This document shows, one piece after another, positions 12,851-23,584 of a DNA stretch of 54,116 nucleotides; position 1 is the first letter of the stretch; every line of letters begins with the position of its first letter. The stretch is taken from positions 1 through 54,116 of the forward strand of contig JAHBMJ010000205.1 of the NCBI GenBank assembly GCA_018398765.1, given 5' to 3'. Made by a program: the position numbers and the translations under genes. The notes under the pieces are model-generated. The model was not told where the DNA came from. It saw only the letters and a program-made list of their open reading frames with translations, and searched no databases. Origin of the DNA: Chromera velia (taxonomy: Eukaryota).

Positions 12851-14527
12851 CAGGAGACGCGATGATCAAAGGGATCACCACGGCCACGGGAATCTGGGTG
12901 GCTGCAGCCCTTGGTGGGTTTTTGGTCTTGATTGTCTCATCAGTGGACGGACAGAAGGGGACTGTATTGCGTTGGTTGTCGTCTCTTTTTGTCGTCACGT
13001 GTAGTCTGGCTCTGTGAAATTGATGTGGCTGTGCGTCGTGTTTCATTTGTTTGAGTTTCTCCATCCGTGTGTGTGTTTTCGTGAGGGTAGTCAATCAACA
13101 AGCTTGAAAGAAAGTCTCTCTCTGTATGATCCCCCGGAATGATGTCTGGGGGAGAGAATCAACCAGGAAGCTGAGCATACGGACCCACTGGGGAAAACAA
13201 ACAGAGGGGGAAGCAAGGAGGGAGGATCTGGACCTGCCTGCGACTTTCTTCGCCCCCCCTCTCTCTCGCCGCGCATGCCTGTATGAGCATTTGCGTACCA
13301 TCATGTATCTGTCGTTTCGTATTAGTTGAAGTAGCTGTGGGGTCATCAATGTGAGTTGAAATCGTCCCCTCCCTTGTTTTTTTCCTTTCCTACGTTGCTT
13401 GTGCAGGCATGGCGTGCGGTCGGGGTCTGTATGTGTATGCGTTGATGGGTGGTCTGATGACGTTAGTGATTTTGGACTACAGGATCATCACCGGGCAGCT
13501 GTTGAATCCGCTTCGTCAGGTCCTTGTCACACTCAACGCAGACAACCATAGGGAGCGGGGAAAGGGAAAGGGAAGAGAAGACTCTGAGAAGGGGGCGGCG
13601 CCTCCTCGAGGCCCCTTGAAGACCCTATTCAGGTGGATCATGCAGGCAATTGCAACGCCGTCTCCGTCTCCGTCTGGAAATGGGTCGGGGTCGGGGGTTG
13701 GGAAGGTGTCAGGAGAATCGGGGGTGAGGGAAAAGAAAGAAAAAGAAAAGGGGGAGTGGATGGGATCAGAAGGGGCGGGTGGGATTGTCCGTGACAGTCT
13801 CTCCCTGGTTCTGTCGGAGCAGTCTGCTGTAGAGCCTTCTGACATTGCAGAGATGGAAGGGCAGAGTCGTGTTGCAGAGGGAAAAGAGATGTTGAGGAGA
13901 GGGGGTGGGACAGGAATGGAGGAGACGAAAAGGAGATCTCGGTCCTTCTCCTCTTCTTCCGATGCTGTGGGTGAAACGTCAGACTCTTCAGTCTCTGAAT
14001 TGGACTCCGAATCTGATGGAGAGGAAGCACTTTCCTCTTCCGCCTCTGGCAGTGCGAGGGCTTCCTCTTCCTCTTCCTCTTCCTCTCCAAGTTCTTCGTC
14101 CAAGCCGAAGACGAGAAAGGGAAAACGGCTGGCAGCACGAGACGCGTTGAGTCGAGGTTCTTTGCGTCGTTGGTTGTTGGAACAGCAGGAAGCCGACAGG
14201 GAGATGGAGGACGAAGCTGCGTGGGAGATCTTCAACGATTTGTGGGACGATGAAGATTGCTACCCACATCCTCCCGCAAGAGACCGACGAAGCATTTCGG
14301 ATTACGGTCTCAATGGAACCGATTCAGCGGGTATTCTGCCTGACTCTGATTTGATTCCTGAAGAGGAAGAAGAAGACTCTCCCGTCCCCCTCGAAAGTCC
14401 CGTTGGGGTGTCAAACGGGACCCTTTCTGTTCCTCCGATAGCTTTCGATCAGGTAGTTCAAGAGAAGGGGAAGGAGGATGGGGAGGGGGAGGGGGAATCG
14501 CCTGGATCTGCTGAGTCGTCACCTTGA
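9878..14527 (+). CDS. mgtC: MgtC/SapB-family membrane protein with Pro/Tyr-rich N-terminal and Ser/Glu-rich C-terminal extensions; exons 9878-10600, 10974-11096, 11369-11640, 11925-12006, 12463-12517, 12854-12913, 13407-14527 (5' exon unresolved)
   Basis: The spliced product reads KLSMAACLGSSIGIQRRLSSRRPAGLRTMALVSTG-AAMFT...GDSARVAAQVASG-VGFIGAGII...G-DAMIKGITTATGIWVAAALG-MACG. This matches the MgtC signature (AGLRT, D.RIAAQVVSGIGFLGAG, GLTTAA.IW). All six introns are GT-AG with compatible phases (0,0,2,0,1,1). Confidence 0.9.
10760..10866. repeat. poly-C, (GT)n, (GA)n compound microsatellite in intron; single N at 10779
   Basis: Visible runs. Confidence 0.95.
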
Positions 14528-16397
14528 GTGAAGCCAGACAGGCAACTTTTTTGGTTTTTTTGTTTCGATCTGAATGTGATTTCTCTCAGTGAGTGAGTGA
14601 GTGTTAATGAAGTGTTGAATTGCTGAAATCAGCATTTACATCTGTGACCGAATGAATGAGTGTGCTGTTGAAAGAGAGCTTGGCTTCGTTCCCGTTCGAT
14701 GGCCCCCATCCCTTTGCTGAGATTTCTAGACGTGTATAGAGGGGAAGTCTGTCTGGTTGCATGCATATGATGCGGGTGCAGGCCTGCCTTCAGTCCTTCT
14801 TTTGCATGTACGTTTTTCCTGTAGTCATGAAGTGATCATCCCTTTTCTCCCTCCTTCCCTCTCTCCCTCCCCTCTTAGCTGAAAGAGAATTTTGGAAATA
14901 AGAAGGGATTGCTTTTTGCGTTCATGCGCATGCGTTAATCAGCCAGTGCTTGCATGAAGAAGAAAATGAAACCATACTTAACCTTTTTCTTTTCCTCTCC
15001 TCCTTGGAAGTTTTGCCCTTTCTCTCAATCGTTTTTGATTGATGGTCTTGACAGATGGCGCAACGGTCGATGCGGGCTTTTTAAAGAAATGAGTGAGAAA
15101 GGCAGGCATCGGTGAAGTCGGTGAGGGTTCAAACGGACAAGTAAACAAGAGTCAGGGAGTGAGGAGGCACAGATGCGTGGGAGAGGAGGGGGAGACGCAG
15201 CCTCGATTTTGTCGGTGCACGTTCGTTGCTGTCATTTCAGATGGATTGCCAGGAAGGAAGGAATGCATGTGTGGAAAAACGGAAGGAAGGAACATACGCA
15301 CTAGCGAAGATCTTGTGAAGGCGACAGCTTTGTCTCTTTGAGAAATCTTGTATGGGTGAGTGTGTGTGTGAGAGAGAGAGAGAGAGTGTGAGTGTGAGTG
15401 TGTCTTCATCTGTTGAGCCGTCTCCCATTGGGAAGAGCGGAGCTGAATAAACAGAAAGACGGAGAAGAAAAACACAAATGAGAAATCCCCCCCCAATAAA
15501 CAAACGTACGCACGTACATACACACGATAAGAATCAAGCGAAGTCGGAAAGGGACTAGGGAAGGGAAGGGACGGCCAAACGGACGGGACTCGATGTCTGC
15601 GCTCGGTCACTGTATGTAAATGAGCTCTTTATGTACTAGTCTTAGTATGCATCACTGGCATCTTAAGTCCCAAATTTAGTTTTGTAGTTGAGTGAAATTT
15701 CTCAGTGAGCATGTGTTGCAGGGCCTTTCGAGATGTTTGCTAAAATGTTTGACAGACACGTTAAACCGCCCTGGACGCACTGTTTGTGTATAAGCTTTCG
15801 CCACAGATATATATAGACTTGACAAGACTATTCTAGAGACTAGTGATAAGCTAAGTGATAAGACATGATAGCCGCTGCTATTAGCCGGCCGGGGCTGCAG
15901 ATGCAAACTGCTAAAAGACGATTTATATTCTGTGTTAAAGTTGTTGTAGTTAGCGTGGTAGCTATAGAGAGACAGACTCGGACATGACCTATGTAATAAG
16001 CTATATTAACCCACACAGCTTTTCTTGAATTAATTTTTTTATTCTTTTATTTTTTTAATGTTAATTCCCAATCATATATCCCAATTCAATTTAAAGTTAG
16101 CTCTCTGGGTCTAAACAATGGCAAGGCCCAGCTAAGCAAACGCCTGGCCTAGGGATAATTTTTTTAAAAAAAATATACACACAAAAAAATACAGCCTCCA
16201 AGGCAAATCAAAGCACATAAAGACCTTGCCCCCAGACAGCCAGAGCAGCCGAAGAAGGCAGTCAAAGAAAAGAAGGGAAGCTGGGTTCAGGGCTGTCAGG
16301 TGAAGGAAATTCTTAGGAAGTACAAGCAGGGAAGAGGATGGCGTTATGAGGTGGCATGGCATGGCTGGCAGTCAACATCACATGAAGCAGCCTCGCT

Positions 16398-16586
16398 CAT
16401 GCGCAAGCACGCCCTGCCAGAAGTGGAAGAGTTTGAGAAAAAATGCAGCTGTTAAGCTATTTGCTAAAGGTTGTGAAATAAGGGTCCATCATTTAATAAT
16501 CTGCCTTGCGTGTTGTGACTTGCCGAACGCTAGACGCCTATTATGGGCCGATAGCGATGGCGTATGATGATGATGATGATGATGAT
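16398..16586 (+). mobile_element. 3' end of a non-LTR retroelement/SINE with (GAT)n tail
   Basis: Ends cgctagacgcctattatgggccgat.gcgatggcgta(tga)n. A second copy is split by the hAT-like element (26811-26887 + 39297-39402). Confidence 0.65.
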
Positions 16587-16960
16587 TTTTTGCTTTTCGA
16601 TGATGACCTCCATCAAGACATGACGAGCATATGCAACACCTTACAACACATAAGCAAAAGTTGTATAACAGTGCAACAACATTCATTTACAATTATAACA
16701 AAGAAACAATAGTATAACAACACTTAAACAACACTTGTTGATTTGTGCAACAGATCAACAACATTTAAACAACATATTTTTTAGTTTGACATGAGAAAAA
16801 AAAACAAAAAACAAAAAAGTGAAAATGACCAAACTTTTTTGTTTATTTTTTTGAAAATTACCCCTTGCGCCTGGCTTAGCTTAAAAGCAAATTAATAAGC
16901 AACTTGAAGCAGACAGGTTGGCAGATTAGCAGGCCGGAACATTGTTGAGTAAGCTTCCAG

Positions 16961-17247
16961 TGAAGAGAACTAGAATGGTCCAGTTAAGGACATCAGTCTA
17001 GTCGCTTACACGGTTCTCTATACAAGAATAATAATGCAAGATATTTGTCTGGCTTCTGCTCTCATCGATCGAGAGTTGTTCCATCGAATCACACTGAGCA
17101 TTTCACTAAGCAATTTCACAACATAGATTGACGCATGCATTTTCTCCGTTTCCGTAATGTCTCAAGCCGCGCCGCCCCGATAGGCAACGCAGCAACACGG
17201 GGCCGACCAATGCACGCCCGCCTCCTCTGTATAAGTGGTTGATTACA
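16961..17247 (-). repeat. 3' LTR of copia copy 1
   Basis: TG...CA termini; near-identical to 22771-23057. Confidence 0.95.
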
Positions 17248-17278
17248 TGCATTCCTTTCTTTCTTTTTTTTTTTTTTT

Positions 17279-20200
17279 TTACAGGACAATCGGAGATGGG
17301 GTCGACGTGACAGAAGGAGAGGAGTGAGAAGTGAAAAAAGGGAGTAAAAGCTTAATGGACATTGGCTTTGTCAAGGGGTCAACCACGTTGTAATGGGAAA
17401 GGACGAACGAAAGGCGGATGGAAGCTTCATCCAGCGCACCACAGAGGGAAAGGGTGTGTAGGACGAGTGTGCAAGGCGATTTTTCGATGATGCAGAGCTG
17501 AAGTGACTCTATGATGGATTGGAGGGCACGCTCGGTCGGACGGGGCATCTCACTGGAAACCAGCTTCAGTAAGTCATTGAAGTCTACCCCCACTTCAGCC
17601 GTAACTCCCGCTTTCCAGACGCACCTCAAAACAGGCAAGAGACACTCTAAGAAATTAACAAGGTCATGAGCAGCGTAGAGTTCAGCTCGGGTGGAAGACC
17701 GGGCGACTCGCTTTTGGGAAAATGCCCGCCAGTGTAGGATGGCAGACTTCAAAGTGAAGAGCCACCCAGACTGTGGATGCACATTTCCGGTAGACCCCAA
17801 TGCGGCATCGCTCTATGACTTAGTGGAGAGGGGGGATGATGTGGAAGGGACGTCAGAGCAAGAGATACGGAGAATACGGGAGGTGGCGGTGCGTCGGGCA
17901 TAACGGAGAAGGGAAAGGAGATAATCAGCATCTGCGTGAGTGGGAGCGGAGGAATGACGGCTTAGTTGATTGCACCCTTGTGACAAGTCGGGGCGAGTGT
18001 CTCGTGCAACCCACGAAAGACACCCTAACCTTTCACAAAAGGCTTTTCCTTCCTGGGCTGTCAAGAGACGGGGCGGTTCAGAGAGAAGCTCGCGAGACGA
18101 TGGGGGGAGGGGGAACAAATCAGGAGGGGGAGTGGAAACAGAAGAGGGAACGGAAGCAGAAGAATCTGCAGAATCGCCCATACCCTCAGGGAGGGGGAGA
18201 GACAGGAGGTACTCGGTTTGGTGGATATGCACAGAGTCCCGTGACATATTGAAATCCACCCCTGCCCAGCGGAGGGTTCCGTTCTTGGGTTTGGTGATCT
18301 TCATTTGGTACCCTCCTTTAGCTACAATCTCGTGTGCTAGCTAAACTGTAGACCAACCAATAGGCAGGATGGCAAAGTCGTCAACAAACGTGGGAAGGAT
18401 ACCAAGGAGATGGGAAGTGGGGGCCTCAGGCTTACCCGTCCATTTCTACCACATTCTTCGAACAGAGGAAGGCACCCACCCTGCTGCTGCGAGCGTCTTG
18501 TTGCGAGAGCGGTCCCATAAATTTCCAGAGTCGCGAAGCCCGTAAAGCGCACGGTTGAGGAGCCACAGGAACTTCCCATGGTCTGGGTAATCTGTCGGGG
18601 GATGGACATAAAGGGAATCGGAACGGAGAGCCGTGAGGTACGCTGTTTTCACATCGGCCACAACGATTTCACGGGGGTCAAAGTCGGAGTGAGCAAAGGC
18701 TATGGCAAGGGCAATGCGCATGGCAGACTGGGAAGCAGTAGCGCAGAACGTTGTGACTCCTTCACGGCAGTCAAAAAAAGGAGTGCCATCAGCAACGACT
18801 CGAGACTTGTACTTCCAAGAACCTTCCTCGACACGCTTTTTGGTGTCAACAAAATGGGTGGGCACAGCAGAGCGGCGGTGCTCAGCGTCTACTTCTGCGA
18901 TCGGGACTCGCTTATATACATCATTGTCGGCGAGTGACTGTAACTCTGCAGCATAGGACTTGGTTCGCCCGTCGAGCTGTTCTACTGTGAGCCCCCGGCG
19001 TGGGAGAGGAATGTGAGTTGTGGCAGCTTGGAACGCACTGGGCCCCACCTCAGTGTCCTCGTTCTACAAATATATAACAGACGCACCTGCAACTGGAGTC
19101 GGGTGGGGGGGAGGAGGGAAGATGGCAGCCGCGGCTGCTGAGGAGGCAAGTGAATCGAAAGACAGCCGATCGGTGGGGAACACTGTTTCTGGGCTTGCAA
19201 GGAGAACACTTCGGTAAGTGTCACCGAGGTGGGAGGGGAGAGTCCCCTCGGCAGAGAGGACAATGTTTCGCTCAACAACCTCTTCTGGGACCAGAAAGCA
19301 AAGCTCGGGCCCACACCCAGAAGGTTTTTGCGCACCGTACAAAAGTTTAGGGCGGCCCCTGAGAGGGCACCATGCAGGCTACATGCGTCGGCTTGCAAGA
19401 GGCTGCTTGCCGTTTGATCCCTATGCCTGAACCTCAACCCGTCCCCCACCTTCAGGGTCGACAGCACGGATGCTACCAAGGAAACAGCGGCCTGTGTTCT
19501 CATCCTGCCAAAGAATGAGCTCATCTTTGCCAAAATCAGTGATGTCAAACTTGGGAGAGGGCGGCTGGTCAGACGGACACTGTATGTTTGAAGACTGTTG
19601 CGGTTGCTGCTGCTGTGCCTGGTGAGGAGACCCAACGGATGTGTCCGGGCGCTCGGAAGGGGAGTCTGACGGCAACGAAACGACATAGACAGGGTTTGGG
19701 TGGGGGCTGTCATTGGGATAGATACACCTGCGATGCGATAGGACGCGCCGTCCAGAAGGAAGATGCAGTCGGAACACATGCTCACTTATACGCTGCAGAA
19801 CAGTCGCAGAAGTGTAGAGGGGTGTAAGCTTGGCGCGGAGATGGTCAGGGTGATGGTAGAGGACGGACGAGCCAATAAAGAATGAGGACGTCTCGGCAGA
19901 GGGGCGATGGGAGGTCTGAAGGAGGTCACGCAGGGCGTCGATGGGAGGACTGGGTGGCCGGAAACCCCAACGTCGCTCGAATGGGCTCTTATGAGTGGAT
20001 TCTTGAGGCTGACGATTGTATTTGGCTGTGCAAAGGGAAGCAAACTTCTTCCAATACGAATCGTCAAGACCTCGATCTCTGAGAATGCCCCGCAAAATCG
20101 TGAGCCACTCACAATGGGAACGCTCTGTTTTGCCGAGAGAGTGGTGGCTGCTTACAGGGGTTAAGGGGTTTATAGCTTCCCGCTCAGCCAACCACTCACA

Positions 20201-22696
20201 CCAATCACCTTGAAATTCGGGCCCGTGATCGGTCATCACCTCAGGGGTGAGATCACCCTCCAGACTGCGGGACCAACAATCATAGGCGGCACGGATTGTG
20301 GCAGAATCTTTTGTTTCGACTACCTCTTGAGCGAGCTAGTCATCATGCTGGTCTTGGATGTGCAATGAATACCCCCTTTTCAACCCCATTACAAGGTCAC
20401 AACATACTCGCTGCCCGGGGCGATCGACCTTCAAAGACCCCCGGGTGCCGTCTCCCCCATGCCTCGGCTTCACATACGTACACGTACCCCCTCGGATGCA
20501 TGGGAGCAGGGCGCGTTGAACGGCATGGCGGAAAATGCTACTGCGACCGGGAAGAAGGTCAGAAAGTGACGCACGGAGGGAACGCCAAGTGGCCTCGATG
20601 CCTGCGTGTCCTAACCATTCGTGATGTGCGCGGATGAGTTCATCAACAGTGGCTTTGATGGAGATGGGGGGGGGGTCCTGTGAGAAAGAAGATTTTGGTT
20701 GCTGAGAAGGAGGCTGATCGGAGGCTGGAGAACTATCACAAGATGATGAAACGGGGGGAGAGACAGCGGATTCTCCCGAATAGGTTTTTATAATATGAGA
20801 CTGGGTGCGATTTCCTCGATGCTGCTTCTTCTGTTTGGCTGCCTTCAAACGAACGGGGAGGTGCCCATTTGCAAGGACAACCGGAGAAGGAGACAACGGA
20901 GGGGACACAGGCGATGCAAGGTCTACCGCAACGGCCGCTGGAGACACAGAAGGGGAATTTAAAGCGGGTGGGGACTCGGGCGGGGAAGTCCCATCTATCT
21001 CCAGAGGCAGAAAAAATAGATCATTTGCTGCACGAAGAAAATTGATAACGGTGGAGGGGAGTTCCAGGGATCCAGTCCGATAGTCTAATCGCGCGCCTAG
21101 TTTGATGAGACGCTGATTGCCGATGAGTGGAAGGGTGACTGCTTCTGTTTCCATGATGGACGGTTTCAATACAGCAGGCTGCCCATTTAGTTTGCAAGGA
21201 ATGGTGGCACGGCGCCGCATCCTCACTTTCGTTCGACAAGCAGTAACAACGGAAAGAGGTGTCGGCAAATCAGTCTCAGTCCATTGCAACCCTGACTCTT
21301 CAGCATGCTTGTTCAGCCAGCTACGAGTGCACGTAGTGCTACTTGCACCCAAATCAAGCAAACACGCAAAACCGTCAAAAGAGAAACCAGAAGAAACAGG
21401 AAGAGAAAAAGCTGACTGTGATAAATACCCTACAGCGGCAGCTGCAGGGGAGGCCTTCGAATCTGCATCCGATGCCTCTGACTCGTTCGTCTCGCCAGTT
21501 AGGGCCCCTCCCTGCTGATGAGTTCGCCCCTTTCCTGATCCTGTAGACTGTCTCCCCCTCTTTCTCTGCCCACCCCCATTCCCGCCGGACCTGCCCCCCC
21601 CTCTGCTGTAGCCGTAGGCCCTCAAAAGGGCAAAATGGTCACAGGTGAGGTTACAATCACCAGTTTTATATCCCCAGTGATCACAATCGCTGCAGTAGTG
21701 CTGTTTCAGGCACTGAGTATCTTCGGGACGGTGGGTCTTGTGCTCATAGTGAGGGCGCTTTCGAGATGGCCCACTCGCACAGGGCCGAGGGTGGCCACTA
21801 GAAGAGCGACCCGTTAGCTGCACGCCGTGTGTTTGTGCGGGAATGGATGGATTGGCAGGGAGACGGGAAAAACAAGAGGGCTGGGCAAAGTGGCGGAAGT
21901 TGGCTACCGCACCATCATCTCCATCGAAAGGCATATGGGGGGCGATGCTGCTCTCGACATTCGCATGCACAGTGCTGTCGGGAATGCCGTTGATGAGGAC
22001 CAGGGAAGCGAGCTGCCTTTAATAGTGGGTGAGGGGGTCAAGGAGGGGAACGAGCTTCTTCTCCACCCTCCAAGTGCTAAGATCGGTTTTGTCTCCCACC
22101 CCAGACCACACAGGGACAATCTCTTCCTACAACGAGAGACGGGAAATTTCTTGACAGGCTGCCTTCACCGTCTCGATGTACTTCTCAACGTTGGAGGAGT
22201 CGGAAGTGGACAGAGTAAAAAGGGAGCGGAAGTTTGTGAACATTCGCTTGTGTTCGGTTTCCCCCGATGACTGTAAGATGACATTCTTGCAGTGTTCGAC
22301 ATCATCAGACTCGGGGGGGGAGAGATCTGAGACAAGATCGTAGAGCTCAGGGTATTTTTGCAAACCCTGGCGGAATGCTGCTGCACGGATGTCTGACGGC
22401 ATACTCGCAGGCTACAATTTACAGTGGTCTTCAAACGCCTTGACAATCGTGACTCTACCCCCATGAGTGTCTTTAAAGGGGAGCTCGCACTTCCATGGGG
22501 CGAATTTCCCCGTGTCAGTGGTGGGGGTGGGAGTGACTGTCGGAGATGGAATAGAAGTGGACTGAGAAAGAAACAACTGCGCCAATTTGTTGACATTGGC
22601 GGTTAACAAGTCCAAGTCAGAGAGGCTGGGGCTTTGATCAGAAGGGCTTTTAGAGATAAAATGGCCATCGGCCCCTCGAGGTTGGTCTCCATCCAT
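17279..22696 (-). pseudogene. copia gag-pol polyprotein (1806 codons, one frame, 10 internal stops)
   Basis: Zn knuckle CSDCDHWGYKTGDC; protease LLDLGAS; integrase HEWLGH..C..C, CDL, TDHG, KTERSH; RVT_2-type RT KYKSRVVADG, DVKTAYL, LYGLRDSG, FVDD; copia RNase H SSTRAELYA, VVDPLTK. All ORF pieces lie in the same frame. Confidence 0.95.
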
Positions 22697-22761
22697 CAGA
22701 GAGGGAAAGCTACACTCTGATACAGACCAACAGACCCTGAGGAGAAAGAGGAAAGAACCAA

Positions 22762-22770
22762 CTGCTACCA
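22762..22770 (-). promoter_or_regulatory. Primer binding site (tRNA-iMet type)
   Basis: TGGTAGCAG directly after the 5' LTR, complementary to the ...CUGCUACCA 3' end typical of initiator Met tRNA. Confidence 0.8.
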
Positions 22771-23057
22771 TAAAGAGAACTAGAATGGTCCAGTTAAGGA
22801 TATCAGTTTAGTCGCTTATACGGTTCTCTATACAGGAATAATAATGCAAGATGTTTGTCCGGCTTCTGTTCTCATCGATCGAGAGTTGTTCCATCGAATC
22901 ACCCTGAGCATTTCACTAAGCAATTTCACAACATGGATTGACACATGCATTTTCTCCGTCTCCGTAATGTCTCAAGCTCCGCCGCCCCGATAGGCAACGC
23001 AGCAGCACGGGGCCGACCAATGCACACCCGCCTCCTCTTTATAAGTGGCTGATTACA
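22771..23057 (-). repeat. 5' LTR of copia copy 1
   Basis: Starts TGTAATC, ends ...CTCTTTA (TA rather than CA) immediately before the PBS. Confidence 0.95.
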
Positions 23058-23115
23058 TCCAGGCACCTCCCTAACACTACCGGCCACTTGAAAGCAGAAC
23101 GTTCACGTTTGTCTG

Positions 23116-23207
23116 CATTTGCGGCATAGCTGATCAAGTTCGTCCACATTTGCGGCATAGCTGATCAAGTTTGTCCACATCTGTGGCACAGCCGATCCAG
23201 TTGTCCG
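23116..23207. repeat. 31-bp tandem repeat, ~3 copies
   Basis: catttgcggcatagctgatcaagtt.gtcca at 23116, 23147 and, degenerate, 23178. Confidence 0.85.
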
Positions 23208-23465
23208 CGTAAGCGGCTAGCGACGTAGCCTTGGCCGCGGCGGTGCTGTAAAAAGGATATCCGCTCTCCTTACTTAAAATCGCATACGTGCAGAAATAAT
23301 ACGTACATAGCTATACACGGCCTGCATGTACAATTGATACGTTAAGTGGAATCAATACAGTCAATGATGTGCAAACCTTTCAGTGGTGTGGCCCATTACG
23401 GCTCATCATAGCCCATCGTAGCCAATATAAGACAAAGTCCGTGCTTGTAACATGCTTGCGACATA

Positions 23466-23584
23466 AATTTTCAAGATACAGTCCACGCCGGCAACGTAAA
23501 GTTTTAAGACATAGTCCGCGCCTGTGGCGCAGACTTTTAAAACATAGTCCGCACCTATGACGCAGACTTTTAAGTATATCCGCC
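23466..23584. repeat. ~33-bp tandem repeat, ~3.5 copies
   Basis: ttttaa.acatagtccgc.cct.tg.cgcagac units; gtcc at 23481, 23514, 23547. Confidence 0.8.

Larger units (their letters stand above)
16961..23057 (-). mobile_element. Full-length Ty1/copia LTR retrotransposon, copy 1
   Basis: 287-bp LTRs at 16961-17247 and 22771-23057; 5-bp TSD TCCAG (16956-16960, 23058-23062); PBS TGGTAGCAG; purine/A tract before the 3' LTR; domain order gag-PR-IN-RT-RH. Confidence 0.97.

Noticed and set aside
6631..14235. Long minus-strand Ser-rich ORFs (6631-7194, 8104-8856, 13516-14235)
   Set aside because: They are antisense shadows of the Glu/Arg-rich plus-strand exons.
23116..23584. 31-bp and 33-bp periodic repeats as a CRISPR array
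   Set aside because: The units are contiguous with no unique spacers, there are no cas genes, and the context is eukaryotic; these are minisatellites.
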